A stretch of DNA of 64,000 bases from an uncultured Gammaproteobacteria bacterium (GTDB lineage Bacteria; Patescibacteriota; Patescibacteriia; Patescibacteriales; UBA12465). The notes under the pieces are model-generated. The model saw nothing but the letters and a program-made list of their open reading frames with translations, had not been told where the DNA came from and did no database searches. Positions 17,755-26,099 of the stretch are shown one piece after another (within the stretch, counting starts at the first letter, position 1; every line of letters starts with the position of its first letter). The stretch is from positions 225,839-289,838 of the forward strand of contig CAYPAP010000001.1 of the NCBI GenBank assembly GCA_964408775.1, given 5' to 3'. The position numbers were made by a program, and so were the translations under genes.

Positions 17755-19152
17755 TTAAAAACTTAAAATTCTTTTTTTTAATTTCATTTCTATTTCTTTT
17801 AACTCTATAAACCTATCATCCTTTAGGTCTTTGAGAAAAGGGGCTGAAATTATAAACTGATAGCCGTCTTTATCTTTAAAGGCTTTATTTAAATTAACCT
17901 CTACTTCGGAAACAAAATATTCATCCTCCATTTTTGTTTTTTTGTATTTAGCAACAACAAAGTCAAACTGATCTAAATTAATCCCCTCTTCCAACTCTTG
18001 AGGCAGGGGATTAAAAAATGATTCTGGGGTAAAGGAAAAAAGACCATTATTTTCAAACAAAAGACCACAGGAATTTGATTTTATTTTATTTAAATCATGA
18101 GAATTATCACTTAAAGAAAGATTAAATTGCTGATAAATTTTATCTATAATAAATTTTTCAGAATTAATGTCTATTTCACCTAAACAGTCAGCCTCTAATG
18201 CCTTTATTCTAAAATTATTTTTATTGGAAAAAATTTCCAGTCCATTTTTTAGGCCACTCAGCCAAGCTCTGTTTAAGAAAACCAATTTAGAGTTACTAGT
18301 GCTCAGCTTTTTGGTTATAAGATTGTCGCCTGACCTTATTTCCACTTTATATACTCCTTCCGGCAAGTCTGCTAAATTTAAATTATAGTCAAGATTATTA
18401 TTATTTAAGCCCTCTACGTTCAATAGATTTTGACTGAAAATAATATTGTTATGAAAATATACATACAAAGATAAATTATTCAATTCCTCTTTATAAGCAG
18501 AAAAATTAAAGTTAAAATTCAGGTCTTCATTTTTGATATAAGTTAAGAAAGAATAAGAACCTCTGATGTTTTCAATGTTTAAATAATTATCAGTCCGCTG
18601 AGGTTCATAATCGTTGATTATATAATCGTAATCTATATCATAATTATAAAAAGCGACCTTAGATAAATCACCTTGTTTTAGAAGATCTAGATAGCTATCA
18701 AATTTTCTTTCTCTTTGATAAAAAATTATCTCACCCTCTTCCTGGGAATCCCACTCTAAAAATAATTTTTCTAAATAATTATTAAAAACGGGATAAAGAG
18801 AAAAGCGCCAATTATCCTTATCCAATAAAACTCCGGCCCCTATATTTAAAAACTCGTCCGAATCTAATAATTCGGGACTAATTTTATATTTAATTTTTAA
18901 CTGGGCTAAAGAGAATTCGCTAGGAGTTCTCAGATAAAAATAAGCTGGGTCACCAATCACTTTGTTTTTATCTGCAATTCTTTCTGCCGGCCCTAATTTA
19001 TGAATAAATCCCTTACCACCCAAAAAATTATAATATTTCCTAGAAAAATCATGCTCATAAGTAATTTTCCCTAGTGGGCAAAAGTAAAAATAAGCCAAAA
19101 CTATAGTGATGACTGCTAAAAAACTATATAAAAAAAATCTAAGTCTTTTCAT
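17755..19152 (-). CDS. hypothetical protein, N-terminal TM anchor
   Basis: 465-aa ORF with an N-terminal TM segment (FFLYSFLAVITIVLAYFYF), Asn/Asp-rich. No family recognised. Confidence 0.6.
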   Translation of the reverse strand: MKRLRFFLYSFLAVITIVLAYFYFCPLGKITYEHDFSRKYYNFLGGKGFIHKLGPAERIADKNKVIGDPAYFYLRTPSEFSLAQLKIKYKISPELLDSDEFLNIGAGVLLDKDNWRFSLYPVFNNYLEKLFLEWDSQEEGEIIFYQRERKFDSYLDLLKQGDLSKVAFYNYDIDYDYIINDYEPQRTDNYLNIENIRGSYSFLTYIKNEDLNFNFNFSAYKEELNNLSLYVYFHNNIIFSQNLLNVEGLNNNNLDYNLNLADLPEGVYKVEIRSGDNLITKKLSTSNSKLVFLNRAWLSGLKNGLEIFSNKNNFRIKALEADCLGEIDINSEKFIIDKIYQQFNLSLSDNSHDLNKIKSNSCGLLFENNGLFSFTPESFFNPLPQELEEGINLDQFDFVVAKYKKTKMEDEYFVSEVEVNLNKAFKDKDGYQFIISAPFLKDLKDDRFIELKEIEMKLKKRILSF

Positions 19153-19190
19153 ACTTAGATTATGCCATATTTCAACAAAAAAAACAAAAA

Positions 19191-19664
19191 TTAAGATGAT
19201 ATAATATTAAGATTTTCCAGTCCTTCTAAGTCTTTTAATATTCGATCATACTGGGGTAACTTTAAAATAATCATACAAGAAGAACCCTCGGCTGTCGGTA
19301 ATTTTTTCATATAATCATAAAACCCTTTTATATCATCTTTATTTAAAAGACCTAAGCAATGTCTAGCTCTTTTTAAAGCTCCCATTAATCTCATTAACTC
19401 GTTAGCATCGATATCATTGTTTCTTCTTCTTAGATTTTCAGCAGACTTCTTCATTCGCTTGTAATCACCAACTTCATAAATGTCTGAGCTATTAGACAAA
19501 TACATCATCCTTTTTTGGATTGTTTTAATAATACCCTCCGTATCCCCCTGAATAGTGTTAATAATCTCTTCCTTTTCTTTTTCTTCGCTTTTATTCTCCC
19601 TTTTATCGCTACCATCATCAAAAAGGTCTAATTTAAGTTGATTTTCAGGTGTTTTTATATTCAT
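19191..19664 (-). CDS. hypothetical protein
   Basis: The track ORF begins at a TTG (19760). The first ATG (MNIKTPENQ) is at 19664. The middle is acidic and Lys-rich. No family recognised. Confidence 0.5.
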   Translation of the reverse strand: MNIKTPENQLKLDLFDDGSDKRENKSEEKEKEEIINTIQGDTEGIIKTIQKRMMYLSNSSDIYEVGDYKRMKKSAENLRRRNNDIDANELMRLMGALKRARHCLGLLNKDDIKGFYDYMKKLPTAEGSSCMIILKLPQYDRILKDLEGLENLNIISS

Positions 19665-19775
19665 TTTATTAATATTTAATAATAAGCCTTGATTTAATAA
19701 TACAGTATAAATCGCTCTTTTGTCAAAATTTATCGTTTTTAAAAGTAACTGCTCAAACAACCCCGCCTAGGATCT

Positions 19776-20156
19776 CTAAGTGATGTTTAAATTTTTTCTA
19801 ATTTTATCATCCAATGTGAAATCTTTAATTTTATTAGGTTTATTTAAAAAATTACTTACTCCCGACCTATCATAACGAGGAATAAGATGCCAATGAACAT
19901 GATTTATTTCATCCATATACAATAAATAGACCTTTTTAACCTTCAAAGTCTTGATCATGGCCCTCCTAATTTCATTAACAACAAACATTAAATGGCTATA
20001 ATCTTTTCTACTAAGTAAATTAATATCACTAACTAACTTGTTCCAAACGACAACGACATGTCCAGGAACCATTGGCTCATTAGCTAGGCAGGCATAAAGC
20101 TTGTTATCCTTAAAAATTATAGCATTTTTAAATGGCTTAGGCAGGTCTTTTTTCAT
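19776..20156 (-). CDS. HIT-family nucleotide hydrolase/transferase
   Basis: Histidine-triad motif HVHWHLIPR. Confidence 0.8.
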   Translation of the reverse strand: MKKDLPKPFKNAIIFKDNKLYACLANEPMVPGHVVVVWNKLVSDINLLSRKDYSHLMFVVNEIRRAMIKTLKVKKVYLLYMDEINHVHWHLIPRYDRSGVSNFLNKPNKIKDFTLDDKIRKNLNIT

Positions 20157-20261
20157 AAACTTATTAAAATATTATTAATAATTAGCCAGACTACAAAATA
20201 AACACAAAAAAATGTAAGCAAAATAATAGTGCGCCCAAAAAATAAACACAGCACAAAAATA

Positions 20262-21266
20262 TTAATTATTTAATACTTTAATATTTTTAAAAATAAAATC
20301 TTTGTATACCTCGGAGTCATTTAACTTTAGTTCGTTATTTTCTGAAAGATTGTATAAGGAAACTGCTTGAATCGCTGCACTATACACAAAATAAAATGTT
20401 TCATGATTTTCGTCCAATGATCCATAATAATCTTTATGGCCCTCCATAAAAACCCTGGCATATTTTTCTCCCATTAATATTAAGATATCAGACGCAGGTC
20501 TGTATATATTAATGCTTGGGGAAACAATGCCCCACTCCTCCTTAGGGGGATAAATATCTAGAAAAAAAACTTTCTTATCTTTATAAAAAATATTGTCAGA
20601 GTGATTGTCCAAAGAAATTACATACTTACTTTTATCAAAGCTGGTAAAATAATCCTTTTCTTTTTCTAAATATCCTCTTAGTATTTTAATAACACCGTCT
20701 GTTTCTTCTTTAGAGAAATAATTAGGGGCTGAATACATCCAGTTTTTTAGATCGTCTAGTCTTTCCTGGAAATAATCGTAATAAGAATTATTATATTTTG
20801 GTTGATGAGGATAATGTGCAATTAATTTAGTCTGCTGACGCCCCATAAATCTAAAGTCATCCTCTGTAAGCGATTTATCATGCAATAGCTGACTAAGATT
20901 ATATTTTAAATCAACTCTCTTCATTTTTATAACAGCATCCTCTGCCCCATCTATATCAGTGTTTAACACAACTCTGCCATCTTTAACATGAACTCCATAT
21001 AACTGCAAATAAATCTCCGGACTAAAATAATTATTTCGGAAAAAATCAGCTTTATAAAAAATAATTCTTGAATCTAGATCGCTTAAATCTCTAAAATGTT
21101 TATTAAAAAAAGTATTATTTCTTTTTGATATTTTATACACAAACTCAGGAAATAAAAAAATATGAGAAATTTGTGTTTCTAGATGCTCGGGTTTAACCCC
21201 GGAATTTTCAATTCCATCCACATCACCAAGCAAAAATGCTTCAATTATTTTAGTATAATTATCCAT
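20262..21266 (-). CDS. putative phosphotransferase (APH/kinase-like fold), tentative
   Basis: The N-terminal ETQISHIFLFPEFVYKISK resembles the ETHIS..L....YK.KKP signature of uncharacterised aminoglycoside-phosphotransferase-like proteins. Assignment is by pattern memory only. Confidence 0.45.
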   Translation of the reverse strand: MDNYTKIIEAFLLGDVDGIENSGVKPEHLETQISHIFLFPEFVYKISKRNNTFFNKHFRDLSDLDSRIIFYKADFFRNNYFSPEIYLQLYGVHVKDGRVVLNTDIDGAEDAVIKMKRVDLKYNLSQLLHDKSLTEDDFRFMGRQQTKLIAHYPHQPKYNNSYYDYFQERLDDLKNWMYSAPNYFSKEETDGVIKILRGYLEKEKDYFTSFDKSKYVISLDNHSDNIFYKDKKVFFLDIYPPKEEWGIVSPSINIYRPASDILILMGEKYARVFMEGHKDYYGSLDENHETFYFVYSAAIQAVSLYNLSENNELKLNDSEVYKDFIFKNIKVLNN

Positions 21267-21269
21267 ACA

Positions 21270-22061
21270 TTAATTGATTATAAAATTTCTTTTTTCTTTG
21301 TCAAAGATAATTCCATCTTTTGATTCCCCCCTAAACTCAACGCTAACGCTGGTATTTTTTGTGCCAGGATTATAATCAAAATTAAATTCAATATCTTCTC
21401 CCTTATTAATACCTTCATTTGTTTCAACTTTGGGTCCGAAAATATCTTCCATAATTGGATTCAAAAACTCAAAGTGACTAACCCCCACAATACACAGCCT
21501 CTTGCCCTTTAAGTTAATATGCTCAGCTAAATATCTGATATAATTAAAGACTCTCTCAGCTCGCTCCTTTACCTCTGGCTGACTTTCAAATTTATCATTC
21601 TTTTCTTGGAAATCGGAATCACGAGCATACATTAATTCAGGTGATTCCCCGGCAAGTGTCAACTTATTCCACAAATCATCCATATATTCTTTATCATAAT
21701 AATCAAAATTTTTCATCGAGCTAATAGCTCTGTCTTTGTAAACAGCGATTCCATTTTTTTTCAGCTCTTCCTTTATTATTTCCTCCGAACCCTGAGCCCT
21801 CCAAGCAGGCGAACTCCATAAAACAACAATATCATTTTCTGGATTAATCTTTTTTATAATTTTTTTAGCCGTCTCCCTCACCTCACTTTCTCCTTCAACG
21901 GTTAAGTCTCTTGGAAAGATCCCCTCCATCGAAGTCCTTTGCTCTTCTGAGGCCTTATTCTCTAAATATTCTGTCCTTCCATGTCTTAAAAAGTAAGCTG
22001 TGACCAAATTATGTTTTGGCTCGGCTTCTTTGTTCTCGAAAATAGCTTTTTCTTTGTTCAT
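21270..22061 (-). CDS. histidine phosphatase superfamily (phosphoglycerate-mutase-like) protein
   Basis: RHG catalytic motif (YFLRHGRTEY) and a downstream GVSHFEF. Confidence 0.7.
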   Translation of the reverse strand: MNKEKAIFENKEAEPKHNLVTAYFLRHGRTEYLENKASEEQRTSMEGIFPRDLTVEGESEVRETAKKIIKKINPENDIVVLWSSPAWRAQGSEEIIKEELKKNGIAVYKDRAISSMKNFDYYDKEYMDDLWNKLTLAGESPELMYARDSDFQEKNDKFESQPEVKERAERVFNYIRYLAEHINLKGKRLCIVGVSHFEFLNPIMEDIFGPKVETNEGINKGEDIEFNFDYNPGTKNTSVSVEFRGESKDGIIFDKEKRNFIIN

Positions 22062-22177
22062 ATAATAAACCTTAATTATATTACTTTAAAGTTACCATAA
22101 AATACAAATAAAATCAAAAAATAAGTAATTCTAAATAGGAAATACACTAAAAACAGAGTCTGGGTTAAAACTAACAA

Positions 22178-22476
22178 ACTATATTTTACTTTAACCACCT
22201 GGACCGCTTGATTAAGGGATAATTGCCCTTTATAAATTACACTCAAACCGCGCCGGCCATGACAATGGCCATCTTGGCCTCCGTGACTGTATCCATTGGT
22301 GAACTGATAATCGGAATCTGCAACTTAATATTACGCGAAAACTGACTTTTCAGGTCAGCCTCTCCAGGAAGGATTTCTGAGTGGTCTGTTTTAAGGCGGA
22401 GGTCATCAAAGCCAACCGCAAAAAACCGCTCTCTTTGAGCGTTAAAAAACGCATCACATACTCTTTCTTGTCTCAT
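22178..22476 (-). pseudogene. guaB: IMP dehydrogenase N-terminal relic (frameshifted and 3'-truncated)
   Basis: [56 protein letters not shown] matches the IMPDH N-terminus. A TGA falls at 22243. Similarity resumes in another frame (SVIYKGQLSLNQAVQVVKVKYS, compare IIHKNMSIEQQAEQVDKVKRS), then dissolves into AT-rich sequence. Confidence 0.75.
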
Positions 22477-22579
22477 AGCTTGTCATTTTTGGTTATTAAA
22501 TTATTAAAGAATGTTTAATCTTGTGAATTTTTCAATTCTAAAAACATTAACATAGGAAAAGAACTAAGATTAAGGTAAT

Positions 22580-22610
22580 AAAAAAACCCCAGAGCTTGAT
22601 AAGCTTGGGG
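22580..22610 (-). terminator. rho-independent terminator candidate
   Basis: The minus strand reads CCCCAAGCTT-ATC-AAGCTCTGGGG followed by TTTTTTT. It lies 30 nt downstream of the stop at 22641. Confidence 0.55.
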
Positions 22611-22640
22611 TTATATCTTTCAATGAAAGGGGTATCTTTT

Positions 22641-22958
22641 TTATTTAGGCCACCATTTATTGGGAATATCCCGAGTATTCTGGGCCATCGTGTCCTTAAA
22701 GGCTTGATAGCCCTGACACTCCTTATAATCCTCAATAAATCGATGAAATTTTTGCAACCATTTAATGATTGCTCGGAGTTCCTCATCATGATAGCTCTTT
22801 CTGTAGAGATAATTAAAGAGCTCCACGACATCTGATAATCCATTATCAAATATGATCTGTTTTTTGATCTTGGATATCAGGAAAAAATCCTTAGGGTCCA
22901 CTTGAGTTAGTGGCTCCACAATAATCTTTCCGGGATAAAGGTCTCGATGCTTAGCCAA
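22641..22958 (-). CDS. hypothetical protein (TTG start; frame open up to 23090)
   Basis: 105-aa ORF from a TTG. The same frame stays open for 44 more codons up to the TAA of the upstream gene. It has its own terminator. No family recognised; the AKHRDLYPGKI resemblance to a kinase loop is too weak to call. Confidence 0.45.
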   Translation of the reverse strand: MAKHRDLYPGKIIVEPLTQVDPKDFFLISKIKKQIIFDNGLSDVVELFNYLYRKSYHDEELRAIIKWLQKFHRFIEDYKECQGYQAFKDTMAQNTRDIPNKWWPK

Positions 22959-23090
22959 GAATATTAATTGCTTGGCGCTTATCCCGCCATCTTTCAGCGC
23001 AGCGGATACCTCCCTTAATCCCTCTTGGATTCTTTTCTTAGTCTCTGCTTCTTTGGTCTTTCTTTCATTCTCTAAGAGAGTCCGTCGCCT

Positions 23091-23906
23091 TTATTTTTCG
23101 GCCATTTCCGCCAGGACCCTTTTTTTATCTATTTGTAAGAGAATGAACCTGATCAACATAATCGCTGTTATCACCCCCAATCCAATAAGGATGTACATTA
23201 GATTAGAAGAATTAAGGCTAAAGATATAGTCCCAAGCATTCTGCATAGCCAAACCGATATTGTACCAGAACTGGCAGATAGTGCTCACAACAGCAACTGA
23301 GCAAAGGAGAAAGAAAAATACAAAGATAATATCCTCCCTCAAATCGAACTCTGCAAAACCTTCTGTCATGAAAGCTAGGGCAATAAACATCAGCACAGGA
23401 AGCCATATTAATTGTGAACCAAAGTACAGGTACACAAAGGTGACAATGGCCAACATAGTTACCGTACTCAGAAAAGCTCTGAGCTTCGCATAGGAGCCAT
23501 TATACTTTTTCAGCATGACAAAGCCATGTACAATAACTGCTACCAGACTGAAGATAATCAGACCGGATTTCCCGAAAGAATTCTGAACCTCATAGTTAAT
23601 GTAGATAAGGAACAAAACTGCCCAAACAGTCCACACCTTTACCAGGTTGACATAAATGTTCAAGAATTTTCCTTTAATGTGATACACTGTACCTCCCTTA
23701 AAAGATAATGAGCAAAATCTATTCCAGCTAAAATCTTCTTTAAAATGAAGCTTTTTACTGAGCACCAAAGAGGCAAGCAGTACCACCAAGCCGGTAGTAA
23801 AGTCCAAAAAATTGAGGGCCAGAACGGAAAGCCCCACAAAGAAAGAGGGGACCGAAAAAATTAAGGTTACAAGAACCTTCCGCAAAAGAATAAAAAATCT
23901 CTTCAT
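23091..23906 (-). CDS. polytopic membrane protein, unknown function
   Basis: 271 aa with about 7 hydrophobic helices. GC is higher than in the core genome. Confidence 0.6.
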   Translation of the reverse strand: MKRFFILLRKVLVTLIFSVPSFFVGLSVLALNFLDFTTGLVVLLASLVLSKKLHFKEDFSWNRFCSLSFKGGTVYHIKGKFLNIYVNLVKVWTVWAVLFLIYINYEVQNSFGKSGLIIFSLVAVIVHGFVMLKKYNGSYAKLRAFLSTVTMLAIVTFVYLYFGSQLIWLPVLMFIALAFMTEGFAEFDLREDIIFVFFFLLCSVAVVSTICQFWYNIGLAMQNAWDYIFSLNSSNLMYILIGLGVITAIMLIRFILLQIDKKRVLAEMAEK

Positions 23907-24180
23907 GGATTAAATTTTTGATTTTGTTAATGAACTGGGTTTTTCTGAGAGCTTTGAGAGCTCCTGGCTATTTCTAGCGTTTATCGTGCTACCCATTTTA
24001 CACGAATAGATTATTATACCATAAATTATAAATTATGTCAAGGATTATACCCTGCATTCTATTCCCAATCTTAATTTAATAAAATAAATTCTAATTACCA
24101 TTAAGGATATCAAAAAAGACCCAAATGGGATTCGAACCACTTAAGTCCTTTGTTTACTAGCAATTTATCCAATTTGACTG

Positions 24181-24210
24181 AAACAAAAAGAACTGGCATA
24201 AGCCAGCTCT
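24181..24210 (-). terminator. rho-independent terminator downstream of tRNA-Gln
   Basis: The minus strand reads AGAGCTGGC-TTAT-GCCAGTTCT (9 bp including one G-U) followed by TTTTGTTT. Confidence 0.5.
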
Positions 24211-24270
24211 TCTCATCTACCCCTATAAAATAATGATGTAAGTCGGTCTCTCACAAAAAAGAGACATCTG

Positions 24271-24341
24271 CTCGGGGACAGGGATTCGAACCCCGATAGC
24301 CAGGACCAAAACCTGGAGTCCTACCATTAGACGATCCCCGA
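24271..24341 (-). tRNA. tRNA-Gln (anticodon UUG)
   Basis: Hand-folded cloverleaf: TCGGGGA/TCCCCGA acceptor (U1-A72), D arm GTCT-AATGGTA-GGAC, anticodon arm CCAGG-TTTTGGT-CCTGG, T arm CGGGG-TTCGAAT-CCCTG, discriminator G. No CCA is encoded. Confidence 0.85.
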
Positions 24342-24486
24342 AAAAGTTAAATACCTATACAAAATATATTAATCCTAAAAAACAAAAGTTCAAGATACTT
24401 GCCCAGCCGCTTTAGCCGGACGGGCCATTAGACGATCCTCAAAAAACTAGAGTTATCTTAATAAACAAACATAAATAAGTCAAGAA

Positions 24487-25398
24487 TTAAACCTTAGAAT
24501 ACTTTCTAACAGCAATATAGCTAGCCACAATATTAATAAGGGCTATAACTAAAAACTGAACTCCGAAAATTAACCAAAAATTATCAACAAAATAGCTAGT
24601 CACATCAATATTATACCCTACGAAAAAAACCTCTAAATATGGCTGCAATAAACTCAAAAGTGGGAAAGAGATCAGAATTATAAGAATAACAGCTAAAAAT
24701 GTATAAATAATTGAGGATAACAAAAATGGGGAGTAAATAAAAGAATTGGAGGCCCCGACTAAACGCATTATTTCTATTTCTTTTTTATGAGTATAAATAG
24801 CCACTTTTATAGAGTTATATATAACCAATAAACTAGTTATTATAAAAACAGCAATAATAAAAAAGCCAACTTCATCTATTCTTTTGGTAATATTATTAAT
24901 CTTTTCTAATAACAATCTATTATCGTTAAAATCACGCGACTCTATAATATTACTATCTAATGCTCTTAGCTCCTCGATTAAATCCGGAACAGCGCTGGGG
25001 TCCTGAGGCGAAATTACCAGACTAGGAGATAAGGGATTTCTTCCTAATTCTAACAAGGCCTGTATAACCTCGGGGTTATCTTTGTTTTTATCTCTAAAAG
25101 AATCTAAAGCCTCTTGTCGGGAAACATATTGGACCTCGCTAACCCTTTCCATTTCACTAACCTTGAGCTGTAAAGAAAATATTTCACTCTCTGAAGAATC
25201 TGGTTTTAAATACAGGCTTAGATCGATTCTATCTTTAACAGCGTCAACAGCACTAGCACTAATAGCTCTTGTTAAAATTAAAGAATTAATAGAAAACATT
25301 GTTAAAACTAAAATTGTGATTGTAATAACTGACAACCAAATATTTCTACTAATATCTTGCAAACTAAATTTTAAAGCTCTAAATAATGATAAAAACAT
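24487..25398 (-). CDS. ftsX: cell division permease-like protein FtsX
   Basis: Four-TM topology with a large first extracytoplasmic loop. It lies immediately downstream of ftsE. Confidence 0.85.
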   Translation of the reverse strand: MFLSLFRALKFSLQDISRNIWLSVITITILVLTMFSINSLILTRAISASAVDAVKDRIDLSLYLKPDSSESEIFSLQLKVSEMERVSEVQYVSRQEALDSFRDKNKDNPEVIQALLELGRNPLSPSLVISPQDPSAVPDLIEELRALDSNIIESRDFNDNRLLLEKINNITKRIDEVGFFIIAVFIITSLLVIYNSIKVAIYTHKKEIEIMRLVGASNSFIYSPFLLSSIIYTFLAVILIILISFPLLSLLQPYLEVFFVGYNIDVTSYFVDNFWLIFGVQFLVIALINIVASYIAVRKYSKV

Positions 25399-25409
25399 AT
25401 TTTAAAAAA

Positions 25410-26090
25410 TTAAATAATATACTTTCCATTTTTTTGATCACTGACTATTTTCCCCTCATCAATACTAATCACCCTTTTTCCTAGCCTATTAACTATTTCT
25501 CTATTATGCGTAACTAAAATAACCGTTGTGCCAAAATTATTTATTTTTAATAATAAATCAATAACATCATTAGCATTAATTGCATCCAAATTTCCAGTGG
25601 GCTCATCAGCTAATAATATTTTAGGTTGATGAACCAAGGCCCTAGCTATGGCGACTCTTTGTTGTTCTCCTCCAGAAATTTCATTTGGATAACTATTCAT
25701 TTTATGATGAAGCCCAACTATCTTCATAACACTTTCAACAATCTTATTTATTTTGGATTGATTTTTTCCACAAACCTCTAAAGCAAAGGACACGTTTTCT
25801 TTTAAAGTTTTTTTAGGCAATAATTTAAAATCTTGAAAAATTACTCCAATTTGTCGTCTCAAATATGGAACCTCGGATTTACCTATTTTACTTATATCCC
25901 AGTCACCAACAAAGACCTTGCCGGAGCTGATTAACTCTTCCCCAATTAAAACTTTAACTAAAGTAGTTTTTCCACTTCCTGATTGGCCGACAATAGAAAC
26001 AAACTCTCCCGCTCTTATGCGCAAGTTAACTCCATCTAAAACTTTTATTTTGTTTTTATAGGCCTTGTCGACATTTACCAATTTTATCAT
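25410..26090 (-). CDS. ftsE: cell division ATP-binding protein FtsE
   Basis: Walker A GQSGSGKTT, ABC signature ISGGEQQRV, Walker B ILLADEPTGNLD. Confidence 0.9.
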   Translation of the reverse strand: MIKLVNVDKAYKNKIKVLDGVNLRIRAGEFVSIVGQSGSGKTTLVKVLIGEELISSGKVFVGDWDISKIGKSEVPYLRRQIGVIFQDFKLLPKKTLKENVSFALEVCGKNQSKINKIVESVMKIVGLHHKMNSYPNEISGGEQQRVAIARALVHQPKILLADEPTGNLDAINANDVIDLLLKINNFGTTVILVTHNREIVNRLGKRVISIDEGKIVSDQKNGKYII

Positions 26091-26099
26091 AGAAAATAT

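Noticed and set aside
22547-22849. Overlapping ORFs 22547-22849, 22596-22835, 22972-23229, 23218-23406, 23260-23493 and 23526-23708
   Set aside because: They overlap the better-supported minus-strand ORFs 22641-22958 and 23091-23906. One also crosses the terminator hairpin at 22587-22610. No motifs were found.
22641-22958. Protein-kinase call based on AKHRDLYPGKI
   Set aside because: This is an isolated HRDL-like string with no other kinase subdomains (no glycine loop, no VAIK, no DFG), which is too weak to annotate.
24120-24145. Possible tRNA or tmRNA 3' end (GGTTCGAATCCC box)
   Set aside because: The candidate T stem pairs at only 3 of 5 positions, and no acceptor, D or anticodon arms can be drawn. 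It is treated as a fragment only.
24395-24445. Possible second tRNA upstream of tRNA-Gln
   Set aside because: It shares only 14 nt with the tRNA-Gln 5' part. It has no T arm, no complementary acceptor strand, and no U33 in any candidate anticodon loop.
25082-25405. Antisense or nested ORFs inside ftsX, the DD-carboxypeptidase, the GT2 gene, the VirD4-like gene, dnaJ, dnaK, yebC, the LCP gene and glmS (25082-25405, 27110-27316, 28792-29049, 30091-30276, 30384-30599, 30878-31078, 31023-31253, 31337-31579, 33192-33410, 33870-34073, 34595-35002, 41916-42110, 42171-42410, 58372-58557, 60050-60256, 60063-60260)
   Set aside because: All are embedded in strongly supported genes and have no independent signals.
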